A stretch of 63,442 nucleotides of DNA, counting the filler, from Dimorphilus gyrociliatus (taxonomy: Eukaryota > Animalia > Annelida), in assembly GCA_904063045.1 (NCBI GenBank). It is 6 parts of 6 records of this genome, joined end to end, with 100 filler letters (N's around TTAATTAATTAA, not from the genome) between each part and the next. Parts side by side here need not be neighbours in the genome. Positions count along the whole stretch, not along the records: positions 11,424 to 26,853 come from CAJFCJ010000099.1; positions 26,954 to 43,421 come from CAJFCJ010000225.1; 4 more parts are not named here. One strand, 5' to 3'. This document shows, piece after piece, positions 24,240 through 36,699 of this stretch. A model generated the notes under the pieces. That model was not told the origin of the DNA. It did not search any database and was given only the letters and a program-made list of their open reading frames with translations. Position numbers and translations under genes: made by a program. Positions within the stretch are counted from its first letter, which is position 1. Every line of letters begins with the position of its first letter.

Positions 24240-25005
24240 GATGAGCAGAGTAAAGTACCCAGTTAAATGAAGCTAGCAAGGTATAAAAGAGTGTGAGTAT
24301 GTCAGAACAGTGTGAGAAAATAATGAATACTTTAAATATAATTGAGATGGAATTGTCTACCATTCTGTGATACAAGCAAAAAATAAATCTTGTAAAGTCT
24401 AAAATATAAACTGGCCCAGAGCATAACAATGGCAAAGAATCCAGAGAAAACGAATGTAGTGAAAAAACTAAAAACAATGAATAGGGGTATGGGTCACACC
24501 AAGAGAGGCTTTGACGATGGATGTTAAAAACAAAAGGACTGATAAAGTTGAGATGCTTCAGGGCAGAGAAACTGCTGGATGAATGGGAAGAATCCTTCAC
24601 TGGAAGAATGAGTATCAGAAACCAGAAGAAGAACAAGAAATATCTAACAATGGTAGGGAATGATTACTCACCTCAAGTTGACAACCCACAAGGAATGGGT
24701 TTGAGCGATGAAATAAGGAAGGTAGATGTTGATGCAGATATCAGAAACATATAAATAGGAGCAGTGGAATGTATGTTGGAGAAAAATGGATTGAGAAGAG
24801 GCAGCTGCTCCAGTGAGAGAAGTACCTCCTCAGGAAACAGAAAAAAGAGTATGTATGAAAGCGCAGATTATAGAAATGATGCAGAAATGGCAAAAAAGCG
24901 GGCAGAGAATGGAAGAGAGATAAACATTATGCCAAAGATGCAACACCAAGCAAAGAAAGGAAGCATAAGTGTTTTTGATACTATGGTAAATGCATATCAA
25001 CTTTG
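24240..25005 (+). mobile_element. Purine-rich decayed ORF, possibly gag/pol remnant of the downstream BEL element
   Basis: One long frame with scattered stops and a composition like the integrase region; no diagnostic motif recognised. Confidence 0.25.
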
Positions 25006-25008
25006 CTA

Positions 25009-25400
25009 GTGAATTAGGAATTGACTCAAGTATGTCAAGAAATCAACATTTATTTTCATCATGGCTAAAAACTCCAACCAAAATGTTGATTAACATTGCA
25101 TTTACAACAATAATTATTATTGGAACCTCATTTATATTATGGCTTGCATATAAAAGAAGAAGTAACAAACTTACTTGGAAAAGATTTTGGATGAAAGAAA
25201 CGGAATTCAAATCAAAAGAAACTCACGCTTCAGAGCAAAGATCTTTAGTAGAGGAATTTCCTCCTTCAGCAGACTACGAAGATGCAAATTCGATAAACTC
25301 CGAGCTACCAAATTCGGAAGTCAGGAGAAAAAGAAATGATTTCAAATTAGATTTTTCAGATAGCGAATCCGAATCCATAAAATCACTATTGAAAGAGTGA
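25009..25400 (+). CDS. Terminal-exon-like segment encoding a TM helix plus acidic cytoplasmic tail
   Basis: tttgctag acceptor; MLINIAFTTIIIIGTSFILWLAYKRR (TM plus basic stop-transfer) followed by a Ser/Glu-rich tail. Confidence 0.35.
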
Positions 25401-25519
25401 AGAATAAATTGATAAAATTAAAAGATTTTTCGTTAAAGGACAATTGGTTCAGGTTGGAAGATGTCGCAGAGACAGAAAGTGTCCAAACAGTCCTCTTGGG
25501 GAAGGTGACCTTGCCATGG

Positions 25520-26853
25520 GAACAAGAAATGGGATAAATTTACAGCAGTAATTAATGGGAGAATAGCAAATGAACAGAAAATTATACCTTCCACAGTAAT
25601 AGAAAAATTAAAATTGACCAGAAATGAATGGGGACATTTGGAAGTTGTTTTAAGAGATAAACGAACAAGAACTCTATTGCATAAAAATATGAGTGTAGCG
25701 AGAGTACTCATGAAATACGTACATTTAAGAACTGGTCATTCTGGACCTAATGCCATGCGTCATAGATTGAGGCGTTTGTTCTGGACAGTTGGGGAGGTGG
25801 CGTTAGCAAACGATGTTTATGATAAGTGCCAGGAGTGCGAAGAGTGGAGGAAAAATAAGAAGTTCCAATATGATGGAAACCAACCATGTAAGGACCAAAT
25901 TATGGGTGAACCGATTCCCTTCGAATCAAGCGGAATAGATGTGTTCAGACCGTTCAAGAATAAAAATGGTGAAAAAAGGAATGTCCTTATAGGAGTGTGC
26001 TTAAAAACGAAAGCCGTTGCACTTGAGCTAATGGAATCTCTTAACAAGAACAGTGTTCAGTTAGCTCTACTAAGGATGAGATATTTAAGAGGACCGATAA
26101 CAAATATTAGATCGGACAATGCAGCAACCTTTGTCCAAGCTTTGAAACACTTTAATGGGAACTGGAAATTTACAAGCCCTGGAGCTCCATATCAAGGAGG
26201 CTTGTGGGAACGTTCAATAAGAACGGTAAAATGGATATTACGTCCTTATTTAAAGAACTGTTTTAAAGAAGAAATTTGGAGAAGTCTACTCGCAGTTGCT
26301 GAGGAAGCGGTCTCCACAAAACCTCTTACCGCGCTCCTGAAAGATCCAGATCAAGAAGTTCTAAGCCAGAAAACTCTTACCAAGTACTATAGAGACTTGA
26401 TGGCAAACTGGCAAAACTCTAAGAAAGCCAGAGATAACTGGAAGAAGATTTGCTTCAAATGGAATAGAGAAATGTTGGAAGAAGTTCTGAGAGAAGTCAG
26501 GGAAGATAAAAAAGGAGAAAGGCCTTATATTGGGCAAAAAGTATTAGTTACGAATGACAGAAATAGGGCTGAATTTAAGAAAGCAAAGATATCTCACTTA
26601 ATTAAGTCTGATGATGAGAAGATTAGAAATGTTTTACTAAAAATGTCAGATGAAAAGGAGATGCGGAGGAGCTTGAGAGACTTGATTCCAATTAAATAAT
26701 AACTTAGTCTTATTGCATTATTATTTTTATATATTTGTGTGTATGTTGGTGAAGACTCAGTTACCTTTCGTCCTTCCTTGGCTGGGAATGTTAAAGAAGT
26801 TACGCTAAGTAATGTTTGTGATACCCGGCAGAGGGCCGTTGTATCCTTTAAAA
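25520..26853 (+). mobile_element. BEL/Pao LTR retrotransposon 3' part: intact integrase frame (to 26699), PPT and start of 3' LTR (26789)
   Basis: HHCC zinc finger (HLRTGH...CQEC), catalytic SGID / RSDNA / GGLWERSI, C-terminal IGQKVLV; GGCTGGGAA followed by TGTTAAAG. RT and RNase H are absent. Confidence 0.85.
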
Positions 26854-26953
26854 NNNNNNNNNNNNNNNNNNNNNNNNNNNNNNNNNNNNNNNNNNNNTTA
26901 ATTAATTAANNNNNNNNNNNNNNNNNNNNNNNNNNNNNNNNNNNNNNNNNNNN
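26854..26953. other. Artificial contig spacer 2
   Basis: 44N-TTAATTAATTAA-44N. Confidence 0.97.
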
Positions 26954-28141
26954 AAAAGGAAGACGAATTAAAACCACAAGAAAGAGTTTCATTTGACCAG
27001 ACCAATGAAATTGAAGAGTTCTATTCTGAAAAAGATAAAAAGGAAGACGAATTAAAACCACAAGAAAGAGTTTCGTTTGATCAAGTCCAAAGATCCTTGA
27101 CAGATAAAATTACAGAACTAGAACAAAAAATAGACTTTAATAGATCCTATGGACAACAGATTGATATAGGTGATGATGTTATGTATTCAAATACAGAACA
27201 TAGAACTGTTGAAGAAGAAAAGTATACTGATTATGATGATATACAAACCAAGTTTAATATAGACTCAGCAATTGAATTCCTATTAGATGTATGTAGCGAA
27301 CAGAATAACAAAAAAACATTACTATAGAAAACTGTACTAAGCTGCAAATATATAAAGATACACTAGCAGGTGATACTCTATGTTATATAAAATATTTATA
27401 ACCTAAAATTCTATATTTTGATACTCTAACTCTTAAAAAGAGTGAGTTACTGAGTATTTGCAAACTGGAAAATTTAGAATCTTTAAGTTTTTTTGACTGT
27501 GAATTTGAAAATGATTCGTTATTGGAAATTAAAAATCTAAAAAACTTAAAGACTTTAGAAATTGAAAATTACGATAATTAAATAGAGAAAGTATAGAAGC
27601 TATGTTTGAATTAGAAACTCTTAATGAACTCTACCTAGCCAACTGTTGTTTAAAGGCAGGATTACTGGTTGGAATAAATAAAATCGCCAATCTATTAGTT
27701 TTAGATATAAAAGGCAATAAAGATTTAACTATAGAAGATTTTAAAGCTATTTACAAGCTAGATAGTCTACATTTTTTTCATTATCTAACTGTGATGTTAA
27801 TTATGATAAGTTAGATGGCATTGAAAATTTGATTAATTTGAATATGTTAGATCTTTCTGGAAATCATAAACTGGATGATAAGTGTCTAAAAGTTATATTT
27901 AATATGAAAGAATTATCTAGATTGTCATTATCCAGATTGTAGTTTGTCAAGTGCTGATTTGGAAGGTCTTAACAATTTAGATAAATTAGAAAGACTTGTT
28001 CTAGACAAGAATAAAGATATAGATTCTAGTATAAAAGAAGAAATGGAGAAACTTAAACGTATTAGTTATTTGGGATTGACCAAGTGTTCAAAAATAACAC
28101 ACATTGAAATTACTAAGCTATCCAGTAAAGTAAAAGAGTAG
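26954..28141 (+). pseudogene. 5'-partial microsporidian-type LRR protein with N-terminal 28-aa repeats, several frameshifts
   Basis: KEDELKPQERVSFDQ occurs twice 84 nt apart. It is followed by LRR units (LETLNELYLANCCL, LNMLDLSGNHKL, LERLVLDKNKDI) across ORFs 27097, 27602 and 27944. Confidence 0.6.
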
Positions 28142-28752
28142 AAAATAGGCGATATTCTGATTGTTTTACAAGTTTAGAAACTGATTTTAGTCAATTCTAA
28201 TAAAAACAATAAATTTTTTTCAAAATTAAATCATTTTCTTTTTTACAAATAAATATTTAATAAATAGAAATTTTAAATTTCCTGGTTTTTAGAAAATAAG
28301 TTTTAATAAATTCTTTTCAAGGTTTTAATTAAGTCTCTTTTAAAGTAAAGATTTAATAAATTAGCTTTAGTGTACTAATCATCAGAAACAGGTCTTTTTC
28401 TTTTATACTTAAAGCTGGATGTACTTCTACACATAAACGTCCAAAAGTATATGAAGAAACCTAATTCAACCTCACAACATGAACCTTACAGGATTCATAA
28501 ATATAAGGATCGGTGTTTCTCCACCATTACCATTGTATAATGTAAAGTCCAATATAAGACTTCTTTTATTCTTAAACATTCCCGGTGTTTCACTTTCTTT
28601 AACAAATTCAAATTTTATTTTATAATTAGTCAAGAATGTTATCAAATCCTGTTTATCTTCTTCTCTTATAATGTATTCGTTTTATTAATAGTGGTATTTC
28701 TGGGTGCTCTAGGAATAAATTTAGACAAAGAGAGAGTATGCTAATATCCGCG

Positions 28753-29842
28753 TTAATATAAAAACATATCAATAGATTCAATATCATAATCTTCGGCCGG
28801 AAAAGTTACAAGTCCTTTAAATCTTGATTTTAAAGTCTCAGGTGTATGAGAAACTATGTCCCAAGAACGAGATAAAGCTATTAGACCAGTTTTTACAGAT
28901 TTTATGTAATTACTGGCTTTTATAAAATCTATTATTGGGTAGTAAGGATTTATCTTTTTATAGAAGGTGTCAAATTGACGTACAAAGTTTCCTGATCTTC
29001 CGGATAATCTTCTTTCAGAGTAATCCAAATACGGTTTATAATTTTCAAAGTTTATTGCGTATATAACATCAAATCTATCATTTTTAGGAACATCATCTAT
29101 CGATTTAAAGCAATTAATATTAATTTTAACTTCTTTCTTATAAAAATCCATTATTTGTTTAGAGAGACTTAAAAGTTCTGGATAGGTTACATCAATTATA
29201 CAACTTGGCTCAACAAGTGTAATGTGAACATCTTTTATACCGAGTTCTGCAAGTTTTATAATAAAAATGAATTCTTGTAAAACCACCCACAGCACCTAAA
29301 CTCATCATTTTTACTGTTTTATCTGTTGATTCTCTTTTAATATGTTTAAGTATTATATTTTCCATTCTAGTACGTGTATTACCTTCTATAAGCCGACAAT
29401 GTTTATCGAGAACAGTTTCAGATAAGTTGTTGCAGTTTAAAGAGAAGATTTCTTTAACTATCGTGCTAAAATCGGGCAAATTCTTCAACAAATCATTTGG
29501 AGTAAATCTTTTCCCAAATTTTATAGGCTTATAAGGATCCACTCTCCAATCTGATGAACTATCTGACGAATTATTTGATGAACTAATTGAAGAACTATTT
29601 AACGAGTCTCCACTAGAGCTGTCAGTACTAAAAAGTTCCAAGCGTACATTTTTGTGTATTTCAATTATTTTGTTAGCTCGATTGTATATAAACTCTGTAT
29701 CTGGAGTTAATGGTTCTCGCTCCGACTCTAGACTAATGAACATTTGTCCCGTACATAGCACAATCTTAAAAAAATAAAGAAATGAACTAAATAGACCCAA
29801 ATTATAACCAATATTTGTACTAAATAATAATTTAAAGTTCAT
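28753..29842 (-). CDS. Putative secreted protein with SAM-methyltransferase-like motifs; one +1 frameshift at ~29280 (T-run); paralog of 34809-36122
   Basis: aaaccctaatATG start; signal-like FLYFFKIVLC. Removing one T gives KMMSLGAVGGLQEFIFIIKLAELGIKDVHITLVEP...RFDVIYAIN. Confidence 0.6.
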
Positions 29843-30414
29843 ATTAGGGTTTAAAATCAATGCTCTTAAATATATTTCTAAAATTGATATATCACTTTCT
29901 TGATCATTAAAATAAGAGATTTTTCAAATAATGTTAAATTTTCACTTTTTTTTAGTTTATATTAAAGTCATTCCTTTTAAAGTATTCAAAGTAAAACATT
30001 TTATAAATGATTTTAAAAGAACAAATAGATTTTTTAGATTCTCCAAAAATAGAAACAAACATTCCTTTTTTGAAATCCCATTTTTCTAATTATGAAATAT
30101 TGACTGTATTTAATTCAGATTCTTTTTATGATTCTATATCCTACTGATAAATAATATATATTTAAATATAAAGCTTAGACTTAAAGAAAAAACAATTATA
30201 AAAATCCAACTAAGATTTTCTTACATTTCACCTAAAATTTAATAAACACCCGTGAAGTAACATTTTAATGAATAATTCTAATATTAATTTTCATTGAATT
30301 GTATAAAATTTTAGTCTAATAAACGTAATATTTTATTATTTTGAGACTTTTTAAATCTTTTCTAATTGATTTACAATTTTTAATTATAAATTGTTTATGA
30401 AAAGAAATACAGTC

Positions 30415-30597
30415 TAATATTGTTTTAACCTATTAAAAAGTATTAGATGTTATTTAAAATGCTTGTTTTATACATATCTAATATTTTTTTAACCTATTAA
30501 AAAGTATTAGATGTTATTTAAAATGCTTGTTTTATACATATCTAATATTTTTTTAACCTATTAAAAGTATTAGATGTTATTTAAAATGCTTGTTTTA
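30415..30597. repeat. Tandem repeat, ~64-bp unit x ~3
   Basis: aacctattaaaaagtattagatgttatttaaaatgcttgttttatacatatctaatattttttt repeated with no spacers. Confidence 0.9.
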
Positions 30598-31776
30598 CTA
30601 TTTTAAAGACTAAGAATTTTCATAGGTCTTTTAAAATTTTATAGAAATCTAGTTTTAGTAATTACGATAAAATTATCAAAAAGAAAATTAAAAATACGTC
30701 TGTGAATTCATTTTTAAGGCTTATTTTATTGTTTTTCTTCCATTTTCAATTCTTTTCTATTATTTCTATTTTTGAATTAAAATATACAACAAAGTAAAAT
30801 TCATCCGCTAATCTTTTTTATTAGGTTATTAAACATAATAATCTACTTAAATTTTAGTTTAAATACGCTACACTAGAAAAAAAAGTTAAAGAAAATCTAT
30901 ATATAAGAAAATCTATAGAGAGAAGAAATAAACATTTAGAAGAACTAACTCTAAAGATAAATGAATTGTCGATTAAATCTCTGATACTTCAAATTTTAGA
31001 AGAGAAAAGCTTAACGAAGTTAATAAAACAGAAATTAAAAAAGACGAAAGACATTTAATTAAAATGTTTACTAAAAAAAACTTAAAGCTTCTCGTCGATG
31101 TTCATCTTTACTAGAAATTTGAAAGGACTAGAAAGTATTTATGAAAATTTGGACAATTTATATAAAAAGTTCAATTTTGTAAAACTATAGGTAATTAAAA
31201 ATAAAACAGAAGAAATAATAAGTTCTATTGTACATCTAGAAGGCTTGTTTGAAGTAGAAAAAGGTATTATCAAATGTAAATAATGTTGATATTTACATTA
31301 ATATATATTTGGTATGTGATGTTTAATTTGAAAGTAACGATTTTAAAATTGGATTAAAATGTGGCCATTTTATTCACGCTTTTGAATGCTTAGAAGGTCT
31401 TTCTCCTTTATTTTTATGGATTGATAACTTTTTTATTAAATGTCCTACTTTTTCAAAGGATGATATAACAATCCGTAACATCATATCGCCTATAGGTTTA
31501 GCCAAAAACGTATAGCATCATCTTTTTAAATAATCAGACGTATTATCATATTTAAGATTTCCTCCAGGCTACATAAGGAAACTCGACGCTGATAAGCAAT
31601 TTAAATATGATTCTAATTCTGGTATCCTATTTTTAAATTGGTTATAAACGCGAAAACAATGTTAAAACAAATTACATTATAAAATTAGCGAAAGGTTAAT
31701 TAGACTTCTCTTCCCTACTCTATAGATTTGTAAAGAGAGTAATCTGGTAATTAAAGAAATACCAGACAATGTCACA

Positions 31777-32109
31777 ATGAAAAGGTTATTTTATATAGTA
31801 AATTTAATAACTTTCGAAGTAGTAGATTTTACGGTTTCTTTGAAGTATTTAGAAAGTAATGAGTCTGCGGGATTAAAAGATTCAAAAAAGTTGTTTGATT
31901 TGGTGTTTTTTATCGAAGAAAAATATCCTATTAATTTTGGTGATTACGGATTTTATATGAAAACTGATGATTTAAAAGATATAGATTGTTTAGTTGAGAG
32001 TATAAAGAGTTCCTTTTCATCTAACAATGGTGAAATTGATGATGATAATAACTATTATACGATTACATTAAATACTGATAAGCCAGTATGTGAGGAAACT
32101 GATATTTAA
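31777..32109 (+). CDS. Hypothetical protein
   Basis: 110-codon ORF in very AT-rich DNA; no recognisable motif. Confidence 0.3.
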   Translation: MKRLFYIVNLITFEVVDFTVSLKYLESNESAGLKDSKKLFDLVFFIEEKYPINFGDYGFYMKTDDLKDIDCLVESIKSSFSSNNGEIDDDNNYYTITLNTDKPVCEETDI

Positions 32110-32783
32110 AATTTATTAACTTTTTATTACATAAGAAATAAACATATAATTATTTATCGTTATCTCTTATTCCTGATTACTCAACAAATATTATTTTTAT
32201 TCTAAAAAGCAAAGTTAGTCTTTAATAGAATAATTAAACCTATTTTCTTAAAAATGCGTTAGAGACACCTTCCCCGTGTTTCTTAATTAGAACAGCTTTT
32301 ATTCTAATATTCGTTCTTCTTGGTAATTTTTTATTCTTATTAATTTACAGGAAAAAAAAGCTATGAAAAAATAATCGAACATGAATAAAAGACTCTAAAA
32401 TAGTATTATATTATATTAAATAACTTAGTCTGAATTTTTAAGATCATCAAAAAAGAAAAGGACGGTGTTTTCATGTACATTATCCAAAAAAGTTTGGATA
32501 TATTAAATTTTCTATAAAAATAAAACTTTAGGGTCCTTTGACGTAAAATTATAATGTACTTTTTTAGGTAGAACGTTTTACAGCCATGTTATAATATAAT
32601 GTGCTTCTTAATGTTTTTTTACAAAAGCTTTACAAATTTAAACACTTTGTATCCCGTTTTTTATACCAATTCATGTTTTATCATAGCCATATATAGTACT
32701 ATAGTAGATGAAAAAAAAGTGTATGTTAGCTTCTAGTTAAATTGGTAGAAGTTAAGCATTCATGGATATACAGTAGAATTAAT

Positions 32784-33778
32784 GGTAGGGGTGTAAAATT
32801 TGGGATGTTTGGGAAATTTTGGGATTTTACAAAAAAAAATAATTAATAATAAGTTTTAATAGAAGAATGAGTTTAGTTTCTAAACCTAGGTTTTTATATT
32901 TGCATTTAAAACAAAATTCAGCTATATATAATTCTAGATTCACTCTTTGGTGCAAATATCTGCTCCTTAAAGTTCTTTTCAACCTTGACCAGAGATTTTC
33001 GATGTTCTGAGTATGAGCTCCAGTAATAGGGTCAAAAAAATTTCTATTGTGGTTCACATGCTCATGGTGATATGGTTCATCTCCCGCAAAAAAGTGCATA
33101 TAAGATGACCATTCATCACTTATAACTAATGAATTATCATCGATTGCATCTTTTATGACATTTTTTAGTGTGGGTATAGCCCTATTTTCGATGGTTTTCA
33201 AATAAAATCTACCTGTATTGCGCTCGATTGCGCCCATAACCATTTCTGCTCAACCAATCTACCTCTATTAAACTTCCTGGCGCTACGACTGTCTCATCTA
33301 TCTCTACTCCCCATAGGAACCTAACCTTTCAGGTATTTTGTCCATCTCAGCTTTGATTACAGTTCTTATTAATTTATAGTACTTAAGAACTGTTTTTCGA
33401 TCAATGTTTGTTTTATATACAACATCAATAACCTTTACTTCATATAGAAACAGGGTAACGATTTTGATAAAATCGCATATAGGTTATACCTATTTTTATA
33501 AAACCACATTTTTTTTTATAACCAACTTTTTTTTACATTTATTACAAATAAAAAAAACACCATCAGATCTTTGCTTATCTTTCTCATTGAAAGCTGAGAA
33601 TCACATGTAGTACACACAGCCCCTCTGGATACTATTCCTTTTTCAACAAGAAAATAATGTAAGTCATCTGCGGTGACTCTATCATTATTAAGAAACCATC
33701 CATTGTTGTTCATAAGGGTCAATTATTTTTTTGTAAAATCCAAAATTTTCCAAACATCCCAAATTTTACACTATCACC
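32784..33778 (-). mobile_element. Merlin (IS1016/ISXO2-like) DNA transposon with ~55-bp TIRs and frameshifted transposase (ATG 33713 to 32827)
   Basis: TIR ggt....gtgtaaaatttgggatgtttgg[g/a]aaatttt...ttttacaaaaaaa at both ends. Motifs VEIDET, RRKFNRGR, SDEWSSY, VNH..NF.DP.TGAHTQNIENLW. No TSD evident. Confidence 0.85.
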
Positions 33779-33849
33779 CAACAAACAATCATACTTCTAT
33801 GATTATGTTTGTGAGATACTTTGTGGTAAAGCTCTTTACACATGTTAAC

Positions 33850-34240
33850 CTTTAAATGACTATCCTTTTCAGTTTATTCACTACAAATAGGCCGTGATAT
33901 AGCAGCAGGTATTAGAAGTAAGAGATTGAACCCCTGTCTAAAACTAAATTGGTAAATACAAATAAGTGTAGAGGCATTGAACTTTGAGTAAATACATCGA
34001 GAACATTAGTAGAAACACCTTGTTTTCTACACAAATCAATTTAAACTTATAAACATTTATTAATTATGGTTATGCTGACATAGGTTCGAATATTGCACCA
34101 GAAGTATTTCATGGCTATTATAGAAATACAGCATTGAGGTATCATTTCATTAAGTGGTATATCAAACCATAAAATTGTTACTCGTGTATTCAACGGAGAT
34201 CTATTTGTGAGTTTATTAAAAAAATTTATCGACAAATAGG
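33850..34240 (-). mobile_element. Decayed LTR-retrotransposon integrase remnant
   Basis: AMKYFWCNIRTYV...INKCL (zinc-finger region), LDVFTQ and LDRGS fragments in the expected order. Confidence 0.3.
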
Positions 34241-34808
34241 CCTTTCTTGTAAGGTCATTGCTTATAACGGACGATTTCAGGATTCATTAGAGTGGCTCAG
34301 TATTATAAATTGTTGGCAATTATGGAATTGAAATAGAATGTTTTTTTAGCATACTCGGCCGTTATGAATCAAGCCCAAAACGTTTTGCTAATTCTTAAGC
34401 ATATTTAAATAAAACCAGGACTAAAATTAAAAACAACCTTTCTCGCAAAATATTGAAATTGCAGTGGAATGATGCATGCTGGGCTAAAGTTATTATCGAT
34501 CATTTTAGGATAGAGTCTACGCAGTACTTTACAGTGTGAATGCAAACTATTCCTTCGAGTGAAATATACATTTTTTTAGAGCTCCTTTAGCGGATGTTCT
34601 TATTTACATATTTCTATGAAAAAGCTACAATAAAATTTTAGAGTCGCTTATTCTTTACTAAACCAAAATTATATACAAATAAGGAATATAACTTAGTAAG
34701 CCATTTTCTTATAAAAAACTGTAATAAATAAAAATTCATTTTATTAAAAAATTCATAAGTCGGGTCTTTTTAATTTCATAATAAATGAATTAAAAGTCAC
34801 TATAAATC

Positions 34809-36122
34809 TTATAAATAAGAAATACCATCAAATGGAAATCCAACTTCCAAACATAGATTTGCAAGAAGATATGAGGTTCCCTTGTTCGTTCTGGTATGAA
34901 TAGCATTATATGATTTACTGCTATCAATATCTGAAGCATCTCCTTTGAAGTTTTCAGTTATTTTGAAATTAAGGAAGAGATCTTTTTCAGATTGTGAATG
35001 TTTGTAATTTTTACTTTTAAAAAATTCAAAATCAATTCTATATGACTTTAAAGCGTCTTCTAAAGTTTTCTTACTTTTTTCATCCAAGTTGTATTCATTT
35101 ATTAAGAGCTTCTTTTTTGAAAAAGCTTTAAATATTTCTCTACAAAGATTAAAAACAGCTATATCTAAATCTATATATAAAAGTTCAACAACATCCATTT
35201 TATAATCATCATAGGCTCTATTTATTATTTCATAAAACTCTGATTCAAGAAGATTAAGTGTTAGGCCGGATACTAAACTAAATTCTGAGAAATGTATAAA
35301 TCCTTCTTCCATTGGCTTTATATAATAACTAGCTTTCTCTGAATTTATTGGTAAGAAGTAAGGAAATATACGCATTCTTGGTGGTTCGAAGAATTTTCTT
35401 TTGCCATGAAGAAATTCAAGTGCATATTTGGTAGTATCTAAAAGAGAATTTATATGATATCGTCCAATATTATATATAATATCATATTTCTGATTTTCAG
35501 AAATTTTACTGTGGTCTTCTAATCGATAATATTCAGTAGTACTCAACTCAAATGGGTTATCGTAGTAGTTGTTTATTCTATCTAGTAAAAGTTCCAGTTC
35601 ATCATGCCTAGACTCAGTATGTGGTGCTGTGTCTGCAATATCTAAGTGTATTTTTTTTACGCCTGCCTTTATAAGCTTTAAAAAAAGAACAAGTTCTTCT
35701 AAACATTCAACTGCACCCATAGATAAAATTCTTACCGGTCCTGTTTCATATTTCTTTTTGATATAATTAACAATTAGGTCTTCTGTCTTGTGACGATAAT
35801 TGGCTAAAGAATCAGACTGGTTTTCATGTAAAGCCAAAAAGGTTATTCTTTCTAGATCACCACTTTCGTATTTGTCTATTAGAGATAAAGGAGTTAAATC
35901 ATCATTAAACTCAAGCTCTTCTAAACAAATGTTGTCTTCGGGTGGGATTACAGCTGTATTAGTTGACGGATTGTAGATAAGTTTACACCTAATAAACCTG
36001 GATTTTCGAACAGGGGGCGTACTTTCTTCTTGAGAGCAAAAAACTATAGAAAAAAAGTAAAGCATAGTTTTAAGTAGAGCTAATTTTTGGTCTCGCTTAT
36101 AAAATAATATTTTAAAGTTCAT
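34809..36122 (-). CDS. Putative secreted protein with SAM-methyltransferase-like motifs
   Basis: gaccctatATG start; signal-like MLYFFSIVFC; VRILSMGAVECLEELVLFLKLIKAGVKKIHLDIADT...KYDIIYNIG; intact 437-codon ORF. Confidence 0.7.
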   Translation of the reverse strand: MNFKILFYKRDQKLALLKTMLYFFSIVFCSQEESTPPVRKSRFIRCKLIYNPSTNTAVIPPEDNICLEELEFNDDLTPLSLIDKYESGDLERITFLALHENQSDSLANYRHKTEDLIVNYIKKKYETGPVRILSMGAVECLEELVLFLKLIKAGVKKIHLDIADTAPHTESRHDELELLLDRINNYYDNPFELSTTEYYRLEDHSKISENQKYDIIYNIGRYHINSLLDTTKYALEFLHGKRKFFEPPRMRIFPYFLPINSEKASYYIKPMEEGFIHFSEFSLVSGLTLNLLESEFYEIINRAYDDYKMDVVELLYIDLDIAVFNLCREIFKAFSKKKLLINEYNLDEKSKKTLEDALKSYRIDFEFFKSKNYKHSQSEKDLFLNFKITENFKGDASDIDSSKSYNAIHTRTNKGTSYLLANLCLEVGFPFDGISYL

Positions 36123-36699
36123 ATAGGGTCGAAAGAACAGCTCTATTTATACTTAATTCCAAATTTTGACAGTTATCTACTCTTATAAAATGAATTAGAA
36201 TGTTGCAAAATTAAAGAGAAGTTATGAAATTTGAACTTTGGTTGACAGCTTTCATTGCCTTTTTATAGAAACAATAAATAGTTAATTAGAAATACATTTT
36301 TTCAAAAACCAAGTATTGTTTATTTTTAATTATAAATAGAAATAATAGAAAGTTAGGTATTAAACTTTTTTTTAATAATATTCTATTTTAAAATTCAAAT
36401 TAAACTATAAAAAACATTCATTTTTTCAATATAAAGATAGAAATTTTAAAATTTCAAAAAAAATTATTAAATAATAAAAAGTAAAAGTAAGAAAAACACG
36501 AATATAATCTCTTTCTTTAATATATATTTATTTAAGTTTTATTTATAATATAATATCTTTAAACGTCATATATATTCAATTATATATAAAATGTAATTTA
36601 TTTAAAGTTTTTGGGGTTGTTTGAACTTTAAACATCTCTATACATGCTTTTAGCGTAATTAAGTTCTATATTTTAAAAGCCGTTTTGTAGAAACTATTT

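Noticed and set aside
24148-24636. Hydrophobic minus-strand ORFs (also 22513, 22867, 45399, 52085, 57415, 61718) as membrane proteins
   Set aside because: They are antisense to purine-rich or well-supported coding sequence; the hydrophobicity reflects T-rich codons.
30415-30597. CRISPR-like array
   Set aside because: Units are contiguous with no unique spacers and no cas genes, in eukaryotic context. The same applies to the 16-bp motifs at 46471-46539.
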